64,000 nt of DNA, taken from Lama glama (Eukaryota). Of the stretch, positions 31,548-44,278 are shown in pieces. The position numbers and the translations under genes were made by a program. The notes beneath the pieces are model-generated. The model was not told the origin of the DNA. It searched no databases and saw nothing but the letters and a program-made list of their open reading frames with translations. Position 1 is the first letter of the stretch. Each line of letters opens with the position of its first letter. Where the stretch lies: NCBI GenBank assembly GCA_028534125.1, contig CM052816.1:8496001-8560000 (forward strand), written 5' to 3'.

Positions 31548-34500
31548 CTGGGCGGGGGTGGAGGAGTCAGTGAGAGGGGAAGGCAGTGAGCACCTGAGAA
31601 AGCCCAGCTGACCAGAAAATCTGCCATCAGGGTCAGCCCCACAGAGTGGATATGGCCCGAGGCCTCAGGGAGCACTGGACAGTGAGCATTGGCTGGGCCA
31701 TCCTGTGGGGACAGCCCTGCCATGTAATCAGTGTCTCAGGGCCTCGGCTGCTCTGCTTGTAGGGTGGGGAGGCCTGAGCTAGACTCTCACCCCAGCGCCA
31801 GAGCTCCTTTCCAGCTCCGATACCCTCAAATTCTACTGCCCCAAAGCTTCCTACCGATCAGGAAACCACTGTGGAGTTCACATAAGGCAGCCAACGGAAC
31901 TACAACACCCTCAACGTACAGCTGTGGAACCGGGTCCCCACAGTAGACATGCAGTCAGGTGGAGCCTGGCCTGGAAGCCTCCTGGGTCGCCTGACAATCA
32001 GCCCTGTGCAATGGAGGCTGCATCAGACTCTTCCCTACGAAGAATTCTCTCCTAAATTGTCCTTTGTTCTTCTTCACCAACTTGTCCCCAGATGGCGAGG
32101 GCATGGTGACAATATTGTTTCACTGTGGCCCATTAATGGACAAGGCTGTTGCCTGTCCGGGCCACCAAGGAGTGCCCCTCAAGGGGGCAGGGCAGCTACC
32201 GGCCCTGTGAGGTCAAAGAGACAGGAGACATGGTTCTGCCACCTGGCTGTGAACCCAAGATGGGGCCGTCCAAGAGGCCACGAGAGGCCTCCTGTCTTCG
32301 GTACCAGTCCTGGCACAGGACAAGGAGGACCAGAGGCCAGAGGAAAGACAAGGTGGCAGCCTCCAGGCCAAGTGGCTGCCAGGTTACACCCATCAGCACG
32401 TGGCAGCTGTGTCCAGAGGGGGTCACCGCCCCCAGGCTCTGGGTCTCACTGGGCGGTGGCGGGGCCCGCGTACTCACCGTAGTCGGCGTGGCGGGGCCAG
32501 CAGAAGTGCGGGAGCGCCCCGCAGCTCAGCTGGAAGGAGGGCTCGCCGCGCGTCCGCAGGGCGGCGCCGTCCCGCAGGGAGAGGGCGGCATGCTCGGAAC
32601 ACCGGTAGGTGATGAAGCCGCACTTGCCGCCTCTGCGGGGAGAGGACACGGGGCACGTTACTGGGCCGGCCTGGTGGACGCCGTCGGACCACCGGTTAAC
32701 AGGGGAGGAGCGGGAAGCCACGATGGTTCCGATGGTTCCGTCGCTGTGTCACGGGGCCCCCGTAGAGATGGCCTCGGACATGGAATAGTATTAAGAGCCC
32801 GCGATTTACAGAATGTTTGCCAGCTGCTGGCCACCACCCGTGACACTCTTCAGACCGCTGTCAGTGGGGGCTGTCACTTCCCTCTTGGGGGTGAGGTGGC
32901 ATGGCTGTGAGTTCAGAATTTGCCCAAGGGCGAGTGGCAGAGCGGGGATGCAAACTTGGGCCTCCTGCCTCGAAACTGATGCTCTTCAAACTCCAATCAG
33001 TCTCCCTTATGACGCCCATACTCTGGGATTCGCCGTGCCTACGCCCCCATTACCCCGCCCACACCCTTCAAACCCAGCCTCAGCCACCACTTCCTTGGCG
33101 GCTACCGTGGCCTTCACCTTCCCCCGTGTTGCTGTGCAGTCATCCTTCAAGGGGGATGCGCGTCGTGTCTGCCTGCTCAGCATCCACTTCCCCTCCCCTG
33201 ACGACGGTGCCCCATGCTTAGCCAGGCTCCGGGCACCAGGGTAAGGCACACGACAGGAGCCCTCTTGGCCACAGTGATTTGATCAAGAATGAGCCCGTGA
33301 ACCAAAGTAGAACCCCAAAGACTTCATCCCAGGTCTTTGCTGGAATCGTGAGGGAGACTTCTGCTTCTCCGGGTAGAAGGTAAGCTTAGAGCTCGAGGCA
33401 GCCACTTTGCTCTCATGAGGGAAGCCTGCCTGAGAAGGATGCCAAGGTGGGGAGGACCTAAAGTCAGTTCTACCCTTGACTCATCAGTTCCACAAACAGT
33501 TCTGTCTGCTACGGAGACTCCTCCAGGACAGAGACAATGTGGACTTCTCAGCACTCAGGACCAGCTTACCAACAGTGGGGGACTAAGAAACATTCAAATG
33601 AATCACCTTTGCTGACACCTCTCTGACTAAAGTTGGAACCCTTCTGCCTCTTTATATGTCTGAGGCTCATGCATACTTTAAAAATTTTAACAGATTGACT
33701 ATTCTCCTTAGAGATTAATTTGCTTGCTTTGTTTTTACATGCTAACTTCACTTGACATCCTGAAGACGGCACAGAACTTAAAACAGTTCTATTTGTGTAG
33801 TAATTCTTTTTAAAAATTGTGATTCAAAACACATAACATTAAATTTACCATCTTTATTACTTTTAAGCATACAGTTTTGAAGTGTTAAGTATATTTATAT
33901 TGTTGTGTGATGGATCTCCAGAACTTTGCAAAACTGAAACTCTGCATCCATCAAACAACAAGTTCCTATACCTGCTCTTCCCAGCCCCTGGATACCACCA
34001 TTCTACTTTCTGTTTCTATGAATTTGATTATTTCAGATACCCCATGTAAGTGGAATCACGCAGTATTTGTCTTTTTGTGACTGGCTTATTTTCACTTAGC
34101 ATAATGTGCTCAAAGTTCATCCATGTTGTAGCATGTGACAGGACTGATTCCCTTCCTTTTAAAGATTGACTAATAGTATTTAACTGCACACGTATACATT
34201 TTGTTTATCCATTCACCTATCAACGGACAGTCAGGTTGTTTTCGCCGCCTGGCTGTTGTGAATAACATGGATGTGCAAATATCTCTTCAAGATTTTGCTT
34301 TCAATTCTTTTGATTACACACCCAGAAGAAGAATTGCTGGATCAAATGGTAATTCTATGTTTAATTTTTTGAGGAAACTCCACACTTTTCCACAGTGACT
34401 GCACCATTTACATTCCCACCAGTAGTACACAAGGGTTCCCATTTCTCCACATCCTCACCAACACTTGTCACTTTCTGTAACCACCCTAAGGGATGCGAGA

Positions 34501-37500
34501 TGTGTTGTGATTCTTACAGAGAAATGATTTTCTTGTTAAAGTTTTGAAACATTAGTATTAAATTAGAGTTTTAAAACCTCAGTAACTTAGTTTGCAAGTA
34601 TGATGGGAGATCCTTCAGAATTATCTCAAAGCCAACAGTTTTGATATTTAAGTTGTGCATTTATACACCACCTACTCTTGCAGATCCCCTGACAGATGAA
34701 ACACTGCTTCCCCAGGTGAGTGAGGAAAAATCAGGGCTGACCAGCAGAAGGGAAGGCCAGACACTGGTAGCTGCAGAGAAGGGAGGGACGAGCAGCATGG
34801 GGCTTATAGTGAACTGAGATCCCAATGCAAGTGTGCCTTCAGTCACCAGGGGCTTGTGGGCCCCGACCAGGCTGAGAGTGGAAAACCTGAAGCTGACACA
34901 TGGGCTGCAGATCTGCCTCTGCCACTAACTAGTAGCTGCTCAGTTAACGCGTCTGAGCTCCCCAGAAAGGAGAGCAATAGAAGGAATAAGAGCGCACATG
35001 TCACAGGTGTGTTGGAAAGTTTACGTAACAGACTGCATGGAAATTGCCTCACACTTCAGCAAATTATCAGTTTGTATTTGTTGCTATTACTGGGCTGCAC
35101 GATTGTTACTGGTCCTTCCTTCTCCTGTGCCTGGTGGTAGATTTCTTCACCAAATCTTCTCGAGCATCTTCTGTGTGGCCTGAATTGGGACCTCTGCGCC
35201 CCCACTCCCCTCCCTAGCGAGAGCCTGACTCACCTCTTGCTTCTCGTCAGCACCTGGCACTCCACAATCTCGCCAAACACTTCGAAGCGTCTCTTCAGCT
35301 CGTGGGAGCTCATGTCGCTGGAGAGATTTCGAACGTATACCACGCGGCCTTCGCCCTGCCCGAGGGAGGACACAGAGAAACTGGTCATCATTGCCTGGCT
35401 TCCAGAGCCCCCTGGTGGGGGGGGCTCCCTTGGGGTCCTCGTCCCCAGTCCAGGTGGCCTGGCTGAGTCAGCGATACCAGCTGGGGCTGTGGGCAGAGAG
35501 GGGACAATGACGGTAGCTATCCCAGACGCCCTGCCCTGTGGGCGGAGGGGGCTGTGGAGCGGCGGATCAGGTCGTGGCCCCAAAGGAAGCAACTGCTTAC
35601 TTGCAGGAAGTGAGCAGATGGGGCGGGAAAAGGAGGAGTCATCACCATTAACGTAACTGCACGCTCAGTAGCTTCTGTATTTGTTTTGAGTTTGACTTTT
35701 TCTGGCAGTCGGGGAGGCACTGGGGTGGAAGGGCAAGCTGCCGAGGAGGGTAATGGATGAGCCCTGGGACCAGGTCGCTATGGCTCAGAGTAGGCTGGGA
35801 GGAAAGCAAGGGGACAAGGGCATCAGGCTTGGAGCCATCATTATTTTTGCTTTTGGCAGCGTACTGTGTAGACACAGACCAAGAGGTCACCTTCAGGGGA
35901 GCTTGGTGCCATGTCCCTAGAACTGCCCAGTAGAGGAGGGGAGGGGAAGCCCAGCTGGAACCTCCCCTCCTCTCCTCTACCATCTGCGACTGGATCCAGT
36001 CAAAGCCACGGCTATTGGAAGAGTCCCTTTGACTTGCGGGAGGAACTCCAGCCATGTTCCTGGACACCTGTGCTCTGGTGGGCAAAACCACCAGCTTCTG
36101 GTTTAGACAGGCTTTCTCCGGGAACAGGTTAAGGCCAGTGACTCTCTAGCCATTCCCTTGTGCACCCCAGAGGGCAGAGAGGAAAGCACGTGCCCTGCTG
36201 CACAGTCCCAGGAACCGCACGTCCCACCCCAGGACAGCCTGAGTCCAGCTCAGTGTACAAATGCCCTCCCCCAGCCTCCTCCAGCTCTTGAACTCACAAG
36301 GCCCTTGCCTCTGCCCCACTGTCCTCCTGATCTTTGCTTGGTTGGCTCCTTTCAACCCCCAGGGCCCAGCTCCATGCAGATGCCCCTCCCAGACCACCAC
36401 GTAAATACATCCTCCCCACTAGTCAAAACATGACTGCTGTTTTCAGACGTTTAGTAGTGACGTAATTAATTTCACAGTGCACCTCCCAATGTGTAATCAC
36501 AGTGTTTACTGCTTTGTTCACGGGCCTGTTCTTTCGCTCCCTTCTGGCCCAAGCATGGGAGTGGGGAACTTGTTTGTCTTATTCACTGCTGTCATTCAAG
36601 GTCTAGAGCAGTGCCAGGCATGCTGCAACAGCCGAATGGTCACACATGGATTCCAAGAAGACACTCCATGTGTTTTTAAGTACCTGCTTGCAGATAACCG
36701 CGTACCTCTGGGGTAGGAATACCTTGTGTGTCCCTACCACCCCGCCCCGTCCTAAAGCACCAAGTCCAGGTGAAAAGAATCTAGTGAGAGTCTATGCGTC
36801 TTTTCATGCTTCTGTCTTACTTTTCCTTCCTTCCTTTCTAGTGACTTGGAGGGGCTGCTCCAGGTCCCTGCTACAGCTTCCTGATGAAACCTCTCTGCAG
36901 GGTACTTTGTAGTGGGTCCACTGGGCATAGCCTGGGCCTCTGGACTAACTCTGAGGGAGGATTAGGGAGGCGGGTCGGGAGGAAGGGACAGGCTCTCTCG
37001 GTCTCTTAGCTCTAATCAAGCCAGGGGACTCTCAGGAGTACAAGGCCCAACACCTTTGTGTGCAGATGAGTAAACTGAGGCTCAGGGAAGCGGGGGGAGC
37101 TGCCCAAGGTCACACAGAAGTGGAGGCAGGGCTGGTTGGAGGCCTGGTCGGGCTGGCTCTGCTCCCCCATCACAGCCTGCCCCCCCGGGGGGCCTCGTCG
37201 AGCCTCTGACTCTTAGCCCTGAACCACCACCAACTACACGCCTCCCAGCCAGTTTCTTGGCTGCATTTTGCACGGTGCCACCTTTGACGCCCTTGGGGAT
37301 CCTTGCTTTTAAAAATGACAGAAACAGAATTATCTTCTACAGGCCACAACCGACCCCAAAGGGCTTCCGGCCTGCGAAGCCCCAGCACTTCCGGATGCCC
37401 CTGCCGGTCCCCGTTCACGCGGGGCTCTGGGGCCCCAAATCACTTACAATGGCCTTTTCCCGCCGCTTCCTGGCGTGCCGGACGCTTGGCATTCCGTCTG

Positions 37501-40500
37501 AACACGACCCTCTGCTCCCACATCTGTCAGTGAACAAGCAAAGCAGAGGCACTCACTCTCAGCAGGGACCACGGCGGGCGGAGGCAAGGGATGCTTCTTC
37601 AGCTCCTTTAGGACTCGTTCATGAGGGCAGGACTATGAGCAGGCCCTCCTGCAGAAGCCCAGCTTCCCCCCGGCAGCGGTGACCGCCCAGGGCTGTGTGG
37701 GGGTCTGAACACTGTGCCCAACACAAGCCTTCTGCCAGCTTCTGGGATGAGATCCCGGAGAACCACCCTTGGGAACCTTTCTATGCCACTGGGGGTAGAA
37801 AGCCCCTTTCACTTCATTACGGTATTTCACCTGGTGAAAGTCATCCTATGAGGTCTTATGTTTCCCCATTTTCCAGATGAAAACCCTGAGGCTCAGGTTC
37901 AACATGAAATTTGCCCAAAGCTAGAAAGTGGGGGAGCCAGAGCCGGAGAGAGGCACCCTCCCGTGGGTGGTGCCCAGCCAGGAAGCAACCCCTGCTGTCA
38001 CAGCCCCAACATCCGGGCCAGCTAGCAGGCTGATCAGTCTGGATGCACAGCCTGAGGCGGCTCCTGTCTGCACACTACCCTCTCCTCCTGAGGGCCAGGC
38101 AGCTGGAGTGGAGGGAGCACGGCCACACGCTGCCCACGTCCTGGGAAATACAGCAGAGGATGACAGCAGGGGTTCTGCAGTCGGGCAGCCTGTGCTGAAT
38201 CCTGACTGTACCCACCTCCCTGCTGGGTGACCTTGGGCTGGCTACTTAAGCCCTCAGCTCCAGTTTATCTGTAAAATAGAGAGAATCAATTGTATCCGCC
38301 TCCTCGGCCACTTGGGAGGATCAAATCAGAACATGCAAGGGCTCAATAATTGCTGGCAATATTTTTCTATTGAACCTCTTTGAGCCTCAGCTTCCTCATC
38401 TATAAAATGGGGATAAGAAGCAGACCCTCCAAGTACATTTGTGAAGTTCATGTACGATAAGAGAAGGAGGTGTGACTTGCGAACTCTAAGGTGCTCTACA
38501 ATAACAGTATCACCATCCATCTGCAACAGAACTGGCAGTTTCCCCACCTAAAGAGCTGAGAGTGACTGGAAGGCACTGTGGGGCTTGGGGTTTGCATTGT
38601 TAAACCAGCTCCAAGTGCTCCCCATTGACCACTGTGTGGTAGCAGAAGCACATGTTGGTCTGGTGAAGGCTGATGACTACTTTCTCAGGCTTACCAGCCA
38701 CCAAGCTCTGCCAGGCAGCTGAGCAGGAGCTGAGTTAATCAACCCACCTTCTCTAGTGGTAGAAAAAGCCAGCCCTGAACGTGGCCCAAAAGCAAGAAGA
38801 AAAAAAGGAGAATCCGTGGGGGTTTCGAGACAGGCTCCCAACTCTTTGCAGGCAAGCCCATGGGGACAGGCTCTGAGTAGGTCAGGAGGGAAAGGAGGCT
38901 GAGAAGCTCCAGCTCCGGCCTCGGGGGTGCACCTCACCAGGAGGGGAACCTCAGTAGCTTCTGAGCAGGCACACTGCAGAGGAAACTGCCTAATGTGAAC
39001 ACGAGGAGGGCTAGCTCACAGCGACCCCCAGGGAAAAGAGAACAGAGCTGGAAAGAGGGCTCAAAGAGGCCTGACAGAAGACAGCTTGACTGTCCTGGCT
39101 GATTATATAGAAGGGCCTTTAGAGAAATTGCTCAAAATGAGTTCTTCTTGAGTTCAGGCCTTCATAACATTAGTGTCTGGTGAGTCCATGAATCCCCAAA
39201 AACTGAATGCCCACTTGGACATCTATGCACATCTTAATGAGGAAAAGAGGTTTGCTTTAATCAGATTTTCAGCTAAGAGCCACTGGTAAAGATAAGTAAA
39301 TACAAAGCTGGATTTTTCTAAGGAAAAGTATCTTTCTTTTACCTGAATTCTGCTTCTCAGAGTATGGCATTCTGGCGATGTCATCATTACCCGGGAACTT
39401 ATTAGAAATGCAAATTATCCACCCCCTTGCCGTCCAGACCTACAAAACCAGACACTCCAGAGGCGGGGCCCAGCCGACTGCAAGCTAACAAGCCCTCCGG
39501 GTGACTCTGCAGCACTGCTCTGGACTCAAGAGCACCCCCTAGTGGTCACTCAGGCGCATCTCGGCAGAGGGTTTGGGTTTGGAGGGACCCGTACCCACCC
39601 TCCATCGGTCTCCCCCAGGAAGAGCCAGGTCCTGCTGTGATCAGGGAGGGAAGCAACCTGTCTCCACCAAAATAGGCCAAACCTCAGTTCCTTCTGCCCA
39701 GCTCCCCGCTGACTTCTGGACTGTTCCCTTCTACAGTCCGGTTCAGTGAGCAAACAAGCTCATGACACATCATCCTTGTGCGAAGAGCTCCCACGGGGGT
39801 GGCTGACTGCGCAAGTCAGCAGCACCAAGAAATGGAAACAACCTTATCGCCGCTTTAAATCCAGGTATTTTTTAGAACACAGGCTACAATTATGTGAATC
39901 TTTCTTTTATACATAAATATTACATAGGTATCACACTGCGTGGGTATGTTGACCCTTGAACAACATCGGTTTGGACTCTGTGGGTCCACTTACACTGGGA
40001 TTTTTTTCAACAGCAAACATAATAGCACCAGGTGGCTGGTCGTTAGTGGTTGAATCTGCGGATGCGAGGAACCTCGGACAAGGAGGGCCGACTGTAAATA
40101 TTCCACTGTGCAAAGGGAACCCTCACCTCGTTCAAGGGTCAACTGTATATGCTTATTTACCCCCAAACCTATCCCCTTCATAAATGCAAAAGCAGAAACA
40201 GATGAATAAGGGGCAAGTTCCTTCAGATACAAGGCCACAAAGAGTCGGACAGTGGGTTTTCTTCCTCCCCTGAGGCCAGGGGACTTGGGCCACTCCAGCA
40301 GAGTTAGGGCTCTGTTAGCCTCTAGGACTTGCCCACAACTCCCCCAAGAAAGTCCACCTCCAAAGCCTCTGACCAGGACCCAGAACACACAGGGAGATGT
40401 AGCCCCAGTTTCAGGGCTCCTCTCTTCCCTGACACCCTGGAACCGGGATACTCGGCTGCCCCACTGTCCCTCCTGAGGCCACCCACCCATCTATACCTGA

Positions 40501-43500
40501 AGGTCCTCCTTGTGGCTGGTGACCGGGAGCGGCAGGATGAGGAGCCGGAGCTGGAGCGGCTGCGGGAACAGAGCTGCTGACTGGCCTTGCTTGGTGGGCT
40601 CTGGTAGGGGCAGTGGTCAGAGCGAGGGGGACTGACCCCTGAGTCCTCTTCGTCGTCATCCTCCTCCTCGTCGTCCTCTTCCTCCAGGAGGAAGCTGCTC
40701 TCGCCACTGCTGCTACTGCTGTCCTCAAAGACAGTGTCATATTCGGGGCTCTTGCAGGAGGCCAAGTCTTCGTCCTCCAAGGCTATCTCCAGGAGCCCAA
40801 AGTGCTTGGTGAGGCTGGCGCGGATCTCGTGGTCTCTCAGCAGCGTACTGTCCCTGCTGGGGGCACCGACGTCACAGCTTCTGTCTTCCACCCTGTCAGA
40901 GGCCTGTGCTTCAGCCCGTGGGGCACCTCGCTGGGGCCAATCCTCAAGGTGGACCCCAGACGGCTCCCAGGACCTCAGCACCTTCCTCTGCAGGGCGCCT
41001 TCTGGCTTGAGCACCTGGCAGTAGTCGTGGTCTCCAAAGGAACAGGAGAAGGGGCGCTTCTGACCAGCCTGGGAGGCTGGCTGGGCTGTGGCATGCTGCA
41101 GGTGGGACAGGAGCTCGCTCCGCTCTGGATGCTTCTTTGGCAGCTTGTGGGCGGCCCCTGTGATGGCCCCAAGCTGGAGGCCCTCTGGGGCGAGGCGGCT
41201 GGGAGCTATGTCTTTGCCTGGGCTGCGCTTGATGTCCGGCTTGAAGGGGTCCTCCTCTGTGGGCTTGTATGGAGGCGTGGTGGGTGGCGTGAGTCCTACC
41301 CAAGAAGGAAGAAAAACGTGAGGGAGAGACAGATCACTTCTCCAAGGGACACTGAGATCCTAGCTTGGGATGGCTAAGAAGTGGTATATGTGTCACCACT
41401 CCCCAAACCTACTGGATGGGAGGCATCACTAATCGATCACTGCATTTCTGGCCGAGCCCGGACGTAGCCCGGGACTCCTTCTCACACAGTCTGTCAACAA
41501 TTTCTCAGAGCTGGCACGTGGTGAAATCCATCCCTTCTGTAGCCTGGCAATGGTAGCCAAAGCCTCCAGGTCACCTGAGATCCCTTTTCCTGCTCCACAA
41601 TCATTCATTCCACAAACCCTACCAACTGGTCCTCCCAAATAACTCTGATATCCCCCAGGGTGTAGAGGGAGCAGGTACCACGGGTAAAACCTGCCACCTG
41701 GATTGACCACCACAGTGATCTTAGTGCTCCTGCACCTGACCTTGGCTTCCATCCTCCCCCAGGCACCAGAGGGAACTTGCCAGAATGCCAGGGGCCTCCT
41801 CCTCTCTGGGGCTCCTGAAGCCAACAGGATCTAGATGAAACCCTTCAGCCAGGCGTTCCACTCAGCCTTTGGTGGATGCTCTTGCCTGACCCCCCAGTTC
41901 CGCCACAGCACGGCACAGGTGGCCAGTCTTCTCAGAAGCACCTGTACTTTTGCTCCTTCACGCCTTTGCTCATGTCGATTCTGCTGCCAGGGATACCCTT
42001 GCCTTTTTTTGTCTCTCCAACTTTTACTCATCTTGCAAGCCCAGCTCAGATGCCTGCTGCTCTGGGTATCCTGTGAATCTTCCCAGGCCACATCCTGCCC
42101 CTCCCCATCCTGGCCCTTCCTCTGTGCTCCCAGAGCTCTTGCACAGTCTTTGGAACTAGCACAGATCAAACAGTATGTGTCCTGGTGTGAGTCTGTCTCC
42201 CACATAAGACTGCGGGCTCCTTCGGAGGAAGACATGTCTCTTTCTATTCACATCAGGTCACGTGCCAATTGTTTGCAGCTGAACAGCTGAGCCTCAGCCC
42301 CACTCTCCTTATAATGCCCTCAATGTGCATCTCAAGACCAGGTGTAGCCTGTGCAGCGGTGGCAAGGAGGGCTTGTGGGGCACCCCCTTACTGCCCAAAG
42401 GGCTGCTCTCCCAAGGGCACCCCACTAGCTGAGCCCCCGGCTCACCTGCCGTGCCACAGAGCTCCACCGTCAAGGTCTGCTCGAAACTCTTCTTGCCAAA
42501 AGGGGGGTCACCGGTGGGGCTAGGGAGGACAGGAAGGGAAGAGCCCAGTCAGCAGCAGGCTCCACCTTCCCAAGCAGGAAGGCAAGGGGACATTGTGACA
42601 GACCCTAGTTCTGCTGCCCAAGAAAGCGGGGTCTGGGAACAATTTGCAGGGACCTCCCTCGATCCTGGCTGTTAAAGAAACTCAAAGCTACGTAGGTCTT
42701 TTAGGAAATATGGGAGAGATCTGCTGGAGATGCAGACAGGACAAGCATCATCAGCCCCCTTATTTTACAGACAGAAGCCCTGAGGCCCAGAGAGGAGAAG
42801 AGACTTGCCCAAAGCCGCACAGCATTATCAGCTTTTCCCCACGAAACTCCCCATATTTCCCCTGGGCCTGTGGAGACCAACTTCTAAAAACAAACTCCCT
42901 TCTAAGAAGCCCAGCTCCTACAGAACCACCCAACAATCAACAAGACAAGATCTCACAGAATAGTAAACTGACAATTTCTAAAAAGCTACCTTTGTGACAA
43001 GGCCAGCATGAGGCACCGGGGAGAGTCTGAAAAGAAGACAAAAAAGAAAAAAAAGATAAGATTCCCCAACATAGCATTGCTAGCAGATGCTTCCCTCTGT
43101 AAGAGACCCTGAATTTCATCGGTACCAAGCACAGCTTCCTTCGGGCATGTGACCCAAACACCTTAGAGAAGGGCAGGAACAGCTCAAATCCACCTTCATT
43201 CCCACACTCAGCAACATCATCTGCGGGCCGGTCCACTGGATGGTGCAGAGTCGGTGGGTACCAGGGCGACCCCTTCTGGCCAGTCAGGGTAGCACAATGG
43301 TGAAGCGTTCTAGTTCCCAGGGCTGTGGGCTCTGCCCCATGTAGAGGCGGGACTGACTGGCTGAACTGACCACTACATCTCTGTGCCTCGTTTCTGTGTC
43401 TTCATACGGGAATTACAACTGTACCGACCACACGGGCTTCCTGTGAGGATCAACGGGGATAATCTGCCTTAAGTCAGACTGATAATAAGTATAAAATAGG

Positions 43501-44243
43501 TAACTATTGCATTAACCACTATGGTTACCACATCGTCACCCAGGAAGTCTCCCCTAGAGCACTTATCACAATTTGTAATCATCTTCCTTTTTTGCTTACT
43601 TTTTGATTGCCCGTCTCCCTCACTGAAACAAGCCCCACGAAGACAGGCATCCTGCTCCTTGTACATTAAGTGGCACCTGGCCCGTACATGATGAAAAACT
43701 CAGAGATGTGGGGGGATTCCTGAAGGTCTGCCCAACGGCCCATTGCACAGGAAGGGAAATTGAGAGCCAGAGGGAAGGGATTTGCCCAACACAGGGCTCC
43801 TGGTTCCCGTGCAGTGGGGTGTGCCACACCCCGGCCCTGCCCCCCACCTCTCGGACCACCGACTCGGACTACCTCTGGAAGGGATCCGCAGGCAGCTGGG
43901 GTCCTCATCCGTGTCCCCACACCCGCTCTCACAGGGGCTCTCCAGAGCTGGGATCTGGGGTCCCCGTAGAAGCTGCTGGTCTTGGCCACTGTCCTCATCC
44001 GTGGGGCTGCCCAGCTCCCTGTCCACGTCCTTGGGAGCCAGACACAGTGAGGGCAGAGCCCCTCGGGGCTCCTCAGGGACCAGCGGCTCATCGGTGAACG
44101 TGAGCCAGGGTCCCAGCTCAGGGTTCAGTCTCCTTGAACGCCGCACAGGGCACACAGAGCTCTCCTGCTTCTTCCCCAGCTTGGTCCACGGCAGGCCTCG
44201 GCCTAGCCTTTTCCGGCCCCACTCCTCCTCCTCCTCTTTTTCT

Positions 44244-44278
<35 letters not shown>

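Noticed and set aside
32149..32910. 253-aa plus-strand ORF
   Set aside because: Antisense to PPARGC1B exon 11 in very GC-rich DNA where stops are rare; no recognisable domain.
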